Translations under genes and position numbers: made by a program
The notes under the pieces: generated by a model
Database searches by the model: none
Told to the model about the DNA's origin: nothing
Seen by the model: only the letters and a program-made list of their open reading frames with translations
Origin: Thermoplasmatota archaeon
Lineage (GTDB): Archaea; Thermoplasmatota; Thermoplasmata; UBA10834
NCBI GenBank assembly: GCA_040751795.1
Contig: JBFMHR010000003.1
Location: 128,001 to 192,000 of the forward strand
Direction of reading: 5' to 3'
DNA length: 64,000 bases
Part shown: positions 38,501 through 53,606 of the stretch, one piece after another
How the letters are laid out: every line of letters starts with the position of its first letter
Position numbering within the stretch: the stretch's first letter is position 1

Positions 38501-40915
38501 GAGGACGCGAGGGAGGCGCTGAGACGGCTCGAGATCGCCAACATGGTCCACAGGTCGTCGGTGAAGGGGGAGAGGTTCTCCTACTCGGCCTCCCCGGAGG
38601 CCAGGCTCGACAGGGGCGAGTGCGCGAGGGCCGCGATCGTGAGGCACCTCGCCTTCCACGCCCCCCTCACCGTCGAGGAGCTGTCCTACGAGGTCGGCCT
38701 GCCCGAGCAGGAGGTCTCCGAGGCCCTGGGCCGGCTGGTCTCCGACGAGGCCGTCGTGTCCGGGCGGTTCGTGGTGGGGGAGCAGCAGCAGTACATCCTG
38801 GCGAAGGACTACATCAGGCTCAAGGCGGGGGACCGTCCGGCGCTCGACAGGGAGCAGGTCCGGTCGTACCTCGAGAGGAAGTCCTTCTCCGCGAGGCCGT
38901 CGGTCCGCGGGTACTTCGAGGCCGTCGGCGAGGCGGGGATGGCCTACGACGTCTTCCACCGCGTGAGCGGGTTCTCGATGGACGAGTTCAACGCGCTGAG
39001 GGCCAGCGGCGCGCTCCTCCTGGGCCGGTTCGCCAGGGGCCGCCTCCGGTACGTCCTCGCCGAGGACGCCCCGTACTACATCGGGGCCTTCCGGAGGGAG
39101 AGGCTCAACAGGTTCGAGGCGAGCATCCTGTCCGCCCTCAGGAGGATGGGGACAGGCACGTACCAGGAGGTCTCCGAGGCGGTCCGGTTCCCGCCTGACG
39201 CGATGCGGGAGCACTGGGACTCGCTGGACAGGAAGGGGCACGTCCTGAGGCTCCACGACGGGAGCGAGGCGTGGACCTCCCGGAACCTCTACGCCCCCTG
39301 CGACGTGGAGCCGGTGGAACAGGGCGCCCTGGAGCACGTCCTCGTGAGGTACCTCCGCGGCTCGGCGCCGGTCACGCTCTCGCAGGCGTCGTCGTACCTG
39401 GACGTCGGGCCGGACGTCGCGAAGAGACTCCTCGCTGCGGTCGGGGCGAGGCCGGCCTCGGTCGGCCTCGAGAGGACGGAGATGTACCTCCTCCCCGAGG
39501 ACATCGCCGGCGTCGAGGCCCCCTCCGGGCCGGACGACCAGGTCCGCATCCTGTCCCTCTACGACCCCTTCCTCAGCGACAAGTGGGCGGCGGTCACGGC
39601 CCGCTACGGCGAGGGCTGGATGTTCCCCGTCGTGCACAGGGGCCAGGTCGTGGGCACGGTCGAGAAGTGGCTCATGGCGGGGGCGGTCGAGGTGAGGGAC
39701 ATCGTCCTGGAGGACCGGGCCATGCTCGGCCCGCTGCTCGACGCCCTGGACCGCGCCATGGTGTTCTACGCGTCGCAGAACGCCGACGTCCTCAGGGTCA
39801 GGCGCGCCCTCGGGACCGACGCCGTCTCCCTCGACGGCGCCGACCTGGAGGCCTTCCTGTCGCGCGGCTACGTGGCCTCCAACGGGATGCTGGTCAAGGG
39901 GCCCGTCGTCCCCGAGTGCTTCGACAGGCCGGAGATCCTCGACACGGTGTTCTCCCTCCAGCACTTCGCCGAGGGGGACAGGCTCAGGGACATGGACGAG
40001 GTCCTCGACATGCTCGGCGGCCTCCGGCACGACGGCGAGGCGCTGGCCCGCGTGGAACGCTTCGAGCCGATAGAGAGGATGAGGAGGCGCGGCCACCTGG
40101 TCAGGGGGCACCTCGCGCCCGACAGGTCCGGCTTCTGCCGGCAGGAGGACGCGGCGGTCTACAGGGCCGCCAGGGCAGGGCCGAGGACCCCGGAGGAGAG
40201 GCTGATTCTGAGGGTCATCAAGGACCAGCAGCCCGTGACGAGGGGCAGGCTGCTGACGGTGTCGCCCCTCGGCCCGGAGGAGACCCTCAAGGCCGCGAAG
40301 TCCCTCTACCTCCGGTCGGAGGTGTTCCTCGACGCCTCCAACGCGTACCTGGGCGCGAAGCGCACCCGCATGGCCAGGCACGCCGCGTGGGACAGGGTGG
40401 TCCGGAGGATGTTCGGCGCCTTCGGGGTCATGACCGCGGAGACGCTGGCGTTCATGCTCAGCGGGGACCTCGTCATCCGGGAGGTGAGGGCGAGCCTCAG
40501 GCGACTGGAGTCGGAGGGCTTCCTGGTCAGGGGGCACCTCCTCCGCGGGTCCAACTCGGTCTACTGGGCGTCCAGGGAGGCGTACGGGAGGCTGGGCCGC
40601 GCCTCCGCCGCGGCGGACGTGGTCCTCTACCCCTGGGACAGCCTGACGACCTTCCTGAGGGCGGCGTACAGGGACGTCCTCCCGGAGACCGGGCGGTGCG
40701 CCGTGTTCTCCGGCTCCAGGCTGGTCGGCTCCTTCGAGGGCCACCTGAGGAAGGGCGGGCTCCACATCTCGGACGTCGTCGGCGAGGCGGGGTGCAGGGG
40801 GATAATCGAGGACCACGCCAGGCGGATGGGCCTGGCCCTCTCGGAGGACGGCGGGGGCTCGGTCTCGGAGTGGGAGATCATGGAGTTCTACCGGAAGACG
40901 CACCCCGGCGAGTGA
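35534..40915 (+). CDS. lhr: Large Lhr-type SF2 helicase with an extended C-terminal wHTH/AlkZ-like region
   Basis: SPTGSGKT, SPLKAL, DEVH, SAT, HHGSLS, LELGID, QRIGRAGH, PSW; 1793 aa. Confidence 0.93.
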   Translation: MVERVSDGMGTEGVLGLMHPLVAKWFRAKFGGVTEAQAVAVPVIHARESVLVSSPTGSGKTLTAFMSIINELALLDQRGELEDRIYAVYVSPLKALANDINENLLRPLEEISAEFERAGSRPPGIRVAVRTGDTLPAERQRQLRSPPHIFITTPESLSLVLSTPAFSKKFGKVEYVVVDEVHEVCDSKRGVALSVALERLRGMCGRDFVRIGLSATVAPLEEVAEFLAGLEGGRPRPVKVVEIFGQRDLDLRVLCPADDMTALSFEVVNSKMYDHLKEMVDGHRTTLVFTNTRSGTESVVYKLRERGLEAVGAHHGSLSRDTRLEVEDQLRGGALSAVVSSTSLELGIDIGHIDLVVQIGSPKSVAKGLQRIGRAGHQYGGTSKGRILVFENDDLVECAVLCRAAHRKAIDRVTIPRDSLDVLAQAVVGMSIERQWTVDQAFELVTRSFCYRDLRRDQLLSVLRYLGGKDEFEGIYSKIWYDEGTGTFGRRRGSRMIYYLNQGTIPEEADYKVYSERGAPLGSLSEKFVERLSAGDIFVLGGRSYEFLRTKGTKAFVKGASGRRPTVPSWTGEMLPRSFDLSVMVGRFRREMDERLGPVPEAEIASWLMEEFSVDEGSANTIISYFKEQKAAATIPTDERLVIEGYVDASGERHAVFHFPFGRRVNDALSRAYAHALSGKLRCSVNVSVTDDCFMLSAPKRFELGGLEGLVRSGDLEGMLRSAVKDSELFHQRFRHTATRSFMVLRNYKGRELSVARQQLRSRRLLDALHELSDFPVMAETYSEILTDVMDLDNARAVLRSIESGDRRVEHLPFSGVPSPMAHNVILVGVSDIVLMEDRSMLLREMHRKVLARVLGEDALSEYQFDPDEVAEHFRRKFPTVSSKQDILRLLGEAGPMNLFREKGENVYAHTDRPFEEVRGWASELLREGKVRSVWVGEDVYAAADMWPTYLCLHSRAHRSSPLERAALALLSKGAMDQDELARSLSVKREDAREALRRLEIANMVHRSSVKGERFSYSASPEARLDRGECARAAIVRHLAFHAPLTVEELSYEVGLPEQEVSEALGRLVSDEAVVSGRFVVGEQQQYILAKDYIRLKAGDRPALDREQVRSYLERKSFSARPSVRGYFEAVGEAGMAYDVFHRVSGFSMDEFNALRASGALLLGRFARGRLRYVLAEDAPYYIGAFRRERLNRFEASILSALRRMGTGTYQEVSEAVRFPPDAMREHWDSLDRKGHVLRLHDGSEAWTSRNLYAPCDVEPVEQGALEHVLVRYLRGSAPVTLSQASSYLDVGPDVAKRLLAAVGARPASVGLERTEMYLLPEDIAGVEAPSGPDDQVRILSLYDPFLSDKWAAVTARYGEGWMFPVVHRGQVVGTVEKWLMAGAVEVRDIVLEDRAMLGPLLDALDRAMVFYASQNADVLRVRRALGTDAVSLDGADLEAFLSRGYVASNGMLVKGPVVPECFDRPEILDTVFSLQHFAEGDRLRDMDEVLDMLGGLRHDGEALARVERFEPIERMRRRGHLVRGHLAPDRSGFCRQEDAAVYRAARAGPRTPEERLILRVIKDQQPVTRGRLLTVSPLGPEETLKAAKSLYLRSEVFLDASNAYLGAKRTRMARHAAWDRVVRRMFGAFGVMTAETLAFMLSGDLVIREVRASLRRLESEGFLVRGHLLRGSNSVYWASREAYGRLGRASAAADVVLYPWDSLTTFLRAAYRDVLPETGRCAVFSGSRLVGSFEGHLRKGGLHISDVVGEAGCRGIIEDHARRMGLALSEDGGGSVSEWEIMEFYRKTHPGE

Positions 40916-41753
40916 ACGCGCAGCCGCCGCTCCTGGACAGGGTCCTCTCGTTGTAGTATAGGTACTCCTGCGCGTACCCGGCGTAGCCCCCGAACCGCCC
41001 CGTGGCGAACTCGCGGAGCCTGGCGTACGACCCCTTGACGCCGTAGAGCCGCAGGAGCGCACGCTGCATCCAGACGTCTATGGGGAACGCGCCGAGCCTC
41101 CCGAACCCGAAGAGGGAGACGCAGTCCGCGACCTTCTCCCCCACACCTGGCAGCTCCAGGAGGGCGTCCCTCAGCTCCTCGTCCGTCATCGCGCGCATGT
41201 CCGCGAGCCGCCCCTCGTCCACCTCCTGGCAGATCCCTGCCAGGTACTCCGCGCGGTACCCGAGTCCGCAGCGCCTCAGCTCGGCGACGGGCGCCTCCCT
41301 CATCCGCCCGATCGACGGGAAGGCGTGGACCCCGTCCGCTATCGGGTCGCCGTACCGCGAGGCCAGGTTCTCGATCATCCGCGAGATCCTGGGGACGTTC
41401 GCATAGGTGGCCAGGGCGTAGCTCGCGAGGCACTCCCACTCGTCCATCTTCACGATCCTGAGCCCGGCCACGGCCCCCGCTCCCCTTGCCATGACAGGGT
41501 CCCTCGACAGCACGGACTGAACCTCGGCTATGTCGTCCGCACCCCTCAGGTAGGTCGAGACCATCGCCCGCAGGTCCTTCCGCTTCGGGTCCCCGTCCGC
41601 GTGCAGCCAATGGCCGCTGGTCCGGAGGGTGACCAGGCAGCCGCCTATCGGGCCGCGCCAAGTCCCATCCGCGCCCCTCCTCCACCGGAAGGTCTGGCCG
41701 CAGCCCAGGGTCTGGTCCAGGTCGATCCGCGGTATCTTCAGTCTGGCGCTCAT
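40878..41753 (-). CDS. 8-oxoguanine DNA glycosylase (OGG1-type HhH-GPD)
   Basis: TLGCGQTFRW, GLGYRA, LPGVGEKVADC, FPIDVW, AGYAQEYLY. Confidence 0.9.
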   Translation of the reverse strand: MSARLKIPRIDLDQTLGCGQTFRWRRGADGTWRGPIGGCLVTLRTSGHWLHADGDPKRKDLRAMVSTYLRGADDIAEVQSVLSRDPVMARGAGAVAGLRIVKMDEWECLASYALATYANVPRISRMIENLASRYGDPIADGVHAFPSIGRMREAPVAELRRCGLGYRAEYLAGICQEVDEGRLADMRAMTDEELRDALLELPGVGEKVADCVSLFGFGRLGAFPIDVWMQRALLRLYGVKGSYARLREFATGRFGGYAGYAQEYLYYNERTLSRSGGCAFTRRGASSGRTP

Positions 41754-41769
41754 GCCTAGATGCTTCCCG

Positions 41770-42252
41770 TCATCTCTTGTAGCCGAACTTCCTCAGCATC
41801 GCCTTCCGGTCGGCGGCGTCCTCGGCACCCTCGACGCCCTTCGGTCTCTCGCCGTCTATGACGCCGACGATGCCCCTGCCCCTCTCGTTGTTGGCGACGA
41901 CCACGTCCAGCGGGTTGGCGGTGGCGCAGAACACGCAGCACACCTCCTGCACCGCCTTGACCCTGTCGAGTATGTTTATGGGGTAGGCGTCCTTGAGCAC
42001 GATCACGAAGGTGTGCCCCGCCCCGATCCTGGCGGCGTTGTCCTGGGCCGCCTTCTTCATCGCCTCGTCGTTGCCGTCGGTCCTGATAAGGCAGGGGCCG
42101 GAGGCCTCGCAGAAGGCGACTCCGAACTTGGCCTGCGGGACGGTCCCGACCACGGCCTCGTAGATGTCCTCGACGGTCTTGATGAAATGGCTCTGGCCGA
42201 TGACCACGTTGGCTCCCTCAGGGATTTCCACCCTGACCGATGATATCTCCAT
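41770..42252 (-). CDS. Adenosine-specific kinase family protein
   Basis: GQSHFIKTVED, FCEASG, GAGH, CATANP, GVIDG. Confidence 0.88.
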   Translation of the reverse strand: MEISSVRVEIPEGANVVIGQSHFIKTVEDIYEAVVGTVPQAKFGVAFCEASGPCLIRTDGNDEAMKKAAQDNAARIGAGHTFVIVLKDAYPINILDRVKAVQEVCCVFCATANPLDVVVANNERGRGIVGVIDGERPKGVEGAEDAADRKAMLRKFGYKR

Positions 42253-42426
42253 TCCGCGCCCCTGCCACAGCATCGCCTAACACCGGCAAATACGTTTCTC
42301 CGCCCTCTGGCTGGTCGGCGGTCCGGGGCGACCCCCGTCGTTATCATCGCCATCAATCAAAACGGTTAACTATTTATCCAGGCATATCGTAAACTGCGAG
42401 GAACACCTGAAGGAGGCCCTGCGAAA

Positions 42427-44190
42427 TTGCCACGTTCTAGCGGGGACAAGCTCTGCCCCATCTGCGATTCTCCACTGCAGCCCGGCTCGAGGAAGTGCGG
42501 CTTCTGCGGCACCGACCTCGCCATATTCGATGTGGACACGGGACCGGCCGAGCCAGCCCCGCCCGCGCCCACGCCCGCGCCCGCGAGACCATCGATGGAG
42601 TCCAGGGTGAGGGAGGTCCTCTCGACGCCCCCGAGGCCGTCGCCCCAGCCTGCGCCCCAGCCTGCGCAGCAGGCTGCGGCACAGCCCGCGCCGGCGCCAG
42701 CCCCTGCACAGGCCCTGCCCAGGCCGTCGCCGCCGCCAGTGGCCGCCCCGGCACCCCCGCCCGCGGCGGAGAAGAAGGCCGAGCCCGCTCCTGAGCCGGA
42801 GCCCCTGAGGGCCGAGGAGGAGGCCCACGAGTACTTCGCGTGCCCGGAGTGCGGCGCCAAGGTCGAGGCGCACTCGAGCACCTGCCCAGGGTGCGGCGTC
42901 ATGTTCGCCGAAGAGGGCGCAGAGATGTTCCAGTGCCCCGCATGCAACTCGCTGGTCAACATAGACTCCAAGAGCTGCCCCGGCTGCGGCGCCGTGTTCG
43001 TCGAGGCCGAGGAGGGACCGGCCGCTGAGCCGGAGGCGGCCAGGCCCAAGCCCGAGATCGAGGAGCCCATATCGGAGGTGGCTCCGAGGAGGGACGAGCC
43101 AGCCCCGGTCGCGGCCACCGGGCAGGAACCGGCCCGGGCCGAGGCCGTCGGGCCCGCCGCGGAGCCGGCGCCGGCCGCCGAGCCCGAGGTGCGGAAGGGC
43201 CGCATGGGGCTCGGATGGCTGAAGAAGCGGAAGAAGGAGGAGGAGCCGAAGCCCACTGAGGCGGAGCCCGACGAGGAACCGTCCCCGAAGCCGGAGCCGC
43301 CGAGGAGGTTGCTGCGTCAGCACGAGCCGGCCCCGGCCCCGACCCCGGCCCCGGAACCCGAGCCCGAGCCGCGCTACGAGCCACCGCCGATGGCGAGGCC
43401 CAGGCCCGAGCCGCCGCGGGGCGAGGCCAAGGACAAGGGCAAGGAGCTCGCGCGCATGGTCGCCGAGATGAAGCCCATACTCACGCTCGCCAACGAGAAG
43501 GACATCGACATAGCGGACAGCAAGAAGCTCATCGACGACGCGGCCGAGGCGGGGAGGGACCGGCAGCTCGAGAAGGCCCTGGAGCTGGTCAACAGGTCCA
43601 GGACGATCCTCATGGGCAAGATCGACGGCCACCTGGGGACGGTGCTCTCCCAGCTGAAGGAGGAGACCGCGGTGGCCAGGTCGCTCGGGGGAGACGTGTC
43701 GAGGGCGCGCACCTACCTGGTCGAGATAGAGAGGGCGAAGGCCGCGGGCGACGCCGAGGCCGCGTACGTGTACGCCGACAAGGTGTCGAACGAGCTGCTC
43801 CCCATTACCGGGAGGTACAAGGAGGCCCTCTCCAGGACAGCGGCCCTCAAGTCCCTCGTCACGGACTGCGAGACGCTGATACTCGACACCAAGGAGGCCA
43901 GGACGGCCCTGGTCGAGGCGAACAAGGCCTTCGAGACCAACGACTTCGAGAGGGTGGAGATGCTCGTCAAGCAGGCGACGGACAGGCTCTACAGGGCCAT
44001 CCCCGACAGGATCAACGAGGAGATGCACGCCGCCAAGGGCCAGCTCATCGAGGCGAAGATGAGGAACATCAACACCACCCCCATGATCACGATCCTCAAG
44101 TCCGTCAGGACGCTCATGAAGGCCGGCGACTACCAGCAGGCCCTCAGGGAGATGAAGGAGTTCAAGGAGCAGATGCGGAAGGTCATGTGA
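42427..44190 (+). CDS. Zinc-ribbon protein with Pro/Ala/Glu-rich linkers and a C-terminal helical domain
   Basis: Three CxxC...CxxCG ribbons; low-complexity linkers; about 250 aa helical C-terminus. Confidence 0.8.
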   Translation: MPRSSGDKLCPICDSPLQPGSRKCGFCGTDLAIFDVDTGPAEPAPPAPTPAPARPSMESRVREVLSTPPRPSPQPAPQPAQQAAAQPAPAPAPAQALPRPSPPPVAAPAPPPAAEKKAEPAPEPEPLRAEEEAHEYFACPECGAKVEAHSSTCPGCGVMFAEEGAEMFQCPACNSLVNIDSKSCPGCGAVFVEAEEGPAAEPEAARPKPEIEEPISEVAPRRDEPAPVAATGQEPARAEAVGPAAEPAPAAEPEVRKGRMGLGWLKKRKKEEEPKPTEAEPDEEPSPKPEPPRRLLRQHEPAPAPTPAPEPEPEPRYEPPPMARPRPEPPRGEAKDKGKELARMVAEMKPILTLANEKDIDIADSKKLIDDAAEAGRDRQLEKALELVNRSRTILMGKIDGHLGTVLSQLKEETAVARSLGGDVSRARTYLVEIERAKAAGDAEAAYVYADKVSNELLPITGRYKEALSRTAALKSLVTDCETLILDTKEARTALVEANKAFETNDFERVEMLVKQATDRLYRAIPDRINEEMHAAKGQLIEAKMRNINTTPMITILKSVRTLMKAGDYQQALREMKEFKEQMRKVM

Positions 44191-46321
44191 GGTTCAGTAC
44201 CTCCATCTCCCGCTCCAGTATCGAGGTCTCCTGCTCCTTCATCGTCTGGGGCGACAGGGACACGGCGAAGACGCACTCCGACTCCGAGACCTCGTCGACC
44301 AGGCTCCTCAGGAACCTCAGGACGGCGTCGAAGTTCGTGTTGCTCGTGAGGTACTGTATCCCGTCGAGGACGATCATCCCGTTCCCCTCCCCCGCCATGA
44401 ACTCCTGGATCTTGTGGATGATCATCTCGAGCGACGGCGGGACGGTGGCCTCGACGGAGCTCTGCTTGTCCGTGAGCCACAGGATCTGAGGGACCTCCTT
44501 GAACTCGTCCTTGATCCTGCTAGGGTTCATGCGCGTTATCACGAGCCCGCGGTACCCCTCGGCCATCATCCTCGCGAGGAGGACGTTGCTGTACATGGGC
44601 TTCTCCTCCTCTATGAGGTAGCAGTGGCCGGGGAGGACCTTGACCTCCCTCATGATCTCCTTCCTCGTCTCCTGGACCGGCGCGAGGGGCTTCAGTATGT
44701 CCGAGACGAGGTTCAGGTCGACGTCCATCTTCATGATGCTCGAGAACGCGATGATCTTGTTGAGTGTGCTCTCCAGCTCCCTGACGTTCTGGGTCACCCT
44801 CTCCGCGATGTACTCGATGATCTCGTCGCTCAGCTTGAGCTTCTTCTCCTCGGCCTTCATCCCGAGGATCTTGACCCGGGTCTCCATGTCCGGCGGCTGT
44901 ATGTCCACCGTGAGCCCCTTCTGAATGCGCGCGTTCAGCCTGTCGTTGAAGCCCGGTATCTGCGTCGGCAGGCGGTCGCTCGCGAACACGACCTGCCTCC
45001 CCGACTCGATCATGCGGTCTATGGCGTGGACCATCTCCCCCTGGGCGCGCTCGCTCGCCGCCAGGAACTGCATGTCGTCGACCAGGAGGAGCTCCACCCT
45101 GTTCAGCGCCTCCCTGACCGGCTTGAGCCCGTCCGGGGTCCCGCACTGCTCTACCGCGTCGACGAACTTGTCCGAGGGCACGTAGAGCAGGTCGAGCTTC
45201 GGGTTCTTCTTGAGCATGTGGCACCCGATCGCCGATAGGAGGTGCGTCTTGCCCAGGCCGGACCCGCCGAATATCAGCAGGGGGTTGTAGGCCTTGCCGG
45301 GCCTCTCGGCCACGGCGACGGCGGTCGCGGCCGCGAACTTGGAGCCGGGCCCGATCACGAACCCGTCGAACCGGAGCTCGGCCATGAGGGGTTTGGAGAA
45401 GCCCGGGGCCTCCGCCGCCCCGGCCGGGCACCTCGGGCAGGCGCCGGCCTCGTCCAGGTCGGCCCCGCACCTGGGGCACTTCGCGGCCTCCTTGGCGGCC
45501 TCCGCCCCCTCCGGGGCGGTCTGGTACTTGAGTATGAGGTCGTAGACGTCCGCCGCCTTCTCCTCCTGCCTCTTCTTCTCGAGCTCCTGCTTGATGGACT
45601 CCTCCTCGTCCCGCCTCTTCTGTATCTTGCGCCTGATCTTCTCCTGGAGGAACTCGATGTCCGACTCTATCTCCGCTATCCTGGTCCTGTCGTCCAGCTT
45701 GGTCCTTATCTCGGCGATCTCCGCCTCGAGCCCCATCACCGGGAAGTTGTTGAGGATGGCCTCGAACTGCTTCAGCCTCGAGGCGTCGTACTCGAACGCG
45801 GCGAGCTCCTTGGCCGCGGCCTGGGGTCCCGCCCTCGCGGCCTGCTCAAGCGTGTCGACCTTGAACCCCTTCCTGCGCCACTCCTCGATCCTCTCCCCGG
45901 TCGGGTCGCCCTCGGCCTCCTCCGGCTCCTCCGCGGGGGCCTTCTGCACGGGCGCGCCCGCGATGTACGAGTCGGGGAACCTCCTCTCGAACTCGGTCTT
46001 GGGGACGCGGCTGTGCAGCTCGATGCCCGACGCCTTGTCCTGCGAGTCCTCTAGAATGAACCGCAGGGACTTCTCGCCGGTGTAGATCCTCCTCAGCTCC
46101 CTCGGCTTGGACTTCTCGAACTCGTAGATGGCCATCATCGGCGTGCCCTGCTCGACGACGATGTAGCCGGTGGAGGTCATGAAGGGCTTCTCTAATGTCA
46201 CCTTCAGGTAGCCGGTGAAGCTGTACTGCTTCAGGTCTGCCAGGATTCCCTTGAGGGAGTCCGGCCCTCCCTTGGCAGTGCGGACCACGATGCCCTCTGG
46301 GATGCGGAGGTCTGTGACCAT
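44183..46321 (-). CDS. Fusion protein: DUF2226-like domain, coiled coil, Zn ribbon, DnaA-type AAA+ domain, DUF835-like (inactive KaiC-fold) domain
   Basis: FDGFVIG, AYNPLLIFGGSGLGKTHLL, LLLVDDMQFL, SDRLP, RLNAR, NVRELE; C-terminal GLVITR.NP, ILWLT, IVLDGIQYL...NFDAVLRFL; start moved to ATG 46321. Confidence 0.88.
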   Translation of the reverse strand: MVTDLRIPEGIVVRTAKGGPDSLKGILADLKQYSFTGYLKVTLEKPFMTSTGYIVVEQGTPMMAIYEFEKSKPRELRRIYTGEKSLRFILEDSQDKASGIELHSRVPKTEFERRFPDSYIAGAPVQKAPAEEPEEAEGDPTGERIEEWRRKGFKVDTLEQAARAGPQAAAKELAAFEYDASRLKQFEAILNNFPVMGLEAEIAEIRTKLDDRTRIAEIESDIEFLQEKIRRKIQKRRDEEESIKQELEKKRQEEKAADVYDLILKYQTAPEGAEAAKEAAKCPRCGADLDEAGACPRCPAGAAEAPGFSKPLMAELRFDGFVIGPGSKFAAATAVAVAERPGKAYNPLLIFGGSGLGKTHLLSAIGCHMLKKNPKLDLLYVPSDKFVDAVEQCGTPDGLKPVREALNRVELLLVDDMQFLAASERAQGEMVHAIDRMIESGRQVVFASDRLPTQIPGFNDRLNARIQKGLTVDIQPPDMETRVKILGMKAEEKKLKLSDEIIEYIAERVTQNVRELESTLNKIIAFSSIMKMDVDLNLVSDILKPLAPVQETRKEIMREVKVLPGHCYLIEEEKPMYSNVLLARMMAEGYRGLVITRMNPSRIKDEFKEVPQILWLTDKQSSVEATVPPSLEMIIHKIQEFMAGEGNGMIVLDGIQYLTSNTNFDAVLRFLRSLVDEVSESECVFAVSLSPQTMKEQETSILEREMEVLNLT

Positions 46322-46439
46322 AAATGGGTCGGTCTTGTTAATACGGTCGAAGCCTAAAAACCCTTGTCCCTCGCGCTGGAGCCTGGACCCCCGGCGGAAA
46401 GGCTTAACTAGAGAGACCATCTTCCCAACCTGCCTTGGC

Positions 46440-46543
46440 GCCACTGTAGCTCAGCGGTTGCGCGTGCGCCCTCGCACGCGCCGCTAGAGAGCGGCGGTTT
46501 CGTAAACCGCAGGCCGGGGGTTCGAGACCCTCCAGTGGCTCCA
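46440..46543 (+). tRNA. tRNA-Thr(CGU) with a 29-nt D-loop intron (46459-46487) and encoded CCA
   Basis: Acceptor GCCACTG/CAGTGGC, D stem GCTC/GAGC, anticodon arm GCGGT-TTCGTAA-ACCGC, T arm GGGGG-TTCGAGA-CCCTC, U73 then CCA. Confidence 0.93.
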
Positions 46544-46595
46544 CACCCTTCTCCAGCAGCTCCCCACGTGGCCGAGCGGAGGGCCCCCCGACGGC

Positions 46596-50170
<3,575 letters not shown>

Positions 50171-50180
50171 GTGATCGGCC

Positions 50181-52778
<2,598 letters not shown>

Positions 52779-52892
52779 CGCCAGCCCCTCCGCCGCACCG
52801 GTCTCACTCCTGATAACGACCAACAAACCTTTATTAGCGCACAGCCCTTTGAAATGCGTCGCCGTCGACCCCCCGTCGAGGAGGCAGTTGAC

Positions 52893-53606
52893 TTGTTTAA
52901 GGACTCGATTCCAGGGCTGGACAAGGTCTTCAAGAACGACATCGAGCGTCCGAAGGTCATACTCGTCACCGGCCCGCCGGGCTCCATGAAGACGAGCTTC
53001 TGCTACTCCCTCATGTCCAACTACCTCAGGGACAAGAACGAGTTCGGCCTCTATGCGACCCTCGAGGAGACGGCCGAGAGCCACATGCACAACATGGAGA
53101 GCATGGGGGTGAAGCTGTCCGCGAAGATGCAGATCTCGGACATGACCGACCTCAGGGAGATCGACCAGATCGACGAGGTCATAGGGGAGAGCGCCCAGAC
53201 CGACTACGTCCTGTTCATAGAGAAGATGATCCAGAGGTTCAGGCGCACCCACGGCGACAAGTTCTCGGTCCTGGTCATAGACTCCCTGGGGGCGCTCTAC
53301 TCCCTGATGTCCGAGTCGGCCGAGATGAGGAAGAAGATGTTCTACTTCTTCAAGATGCTCAGGGACAACAACCTCGTCACTTTCATCATAATGGAGCGCT
53401 CCCTCACCGGGGAGTCGCAGCTCCTGGGGAACGAGGGGTTCCTCGCGGACGGCATCGTGATGCTCGGCCTCGACAGGCAGAGGGGGAAGCTGGTCAGGTA
53501 CCTCCAGGTCGAGAAGATGAGGGCCGCAGAGCACAGCATGGAGAAGCACGCGATAGAGGTGACCAAGAGCGGGATGACGGTCCTGGGCCCGCTCCTGACG
53601 ACATGA
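52893..53606 (+). CDS. KaiC/RAD55-like ATPase
   Basis: IPGLD, GPPGSMKT, TLEE, VIDSL, ADGIV, VEKMR; TTG start after GAGGAGG. Confidence 0.9.
   Translation: MFKDSIPGLDKVFKNDIERPKVILVTGPPGSMKTSFCYSLMSNYLRDKNEFGLYATLEETAESHMHNMESMGVKLSAKMQISDMTDLREIDQIDEVIGESAQTDYVLFIEKMIQRFRRTHGDKFSVLVIDSLGALYSLMSESAEMRKKMFYFFKMLRDNNLVTFIIMERSLTGESQLLGNEGFLADGIVMLGLDRQRGKLVRYLQVEKMRAAEHSMEKHAIEVTKSGMTVLGPLLTT

Noticed and set aside
44183-46321. Calling the DnaA-like gene a true replication initiator or bacterial contamination
   Set aside because: It lacks domain IV, I saw no TTATCCACA box arrays, it is fused to archaeal-type domains, and its codon usage matches the archaeal neighbours
46322-46444. 41-aa N-terminal extension of the DnaA-fusion ORF
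   Set aside because: Runs through promoter-like DNA and into the tRNA gene; ATG 46321 is more plausible
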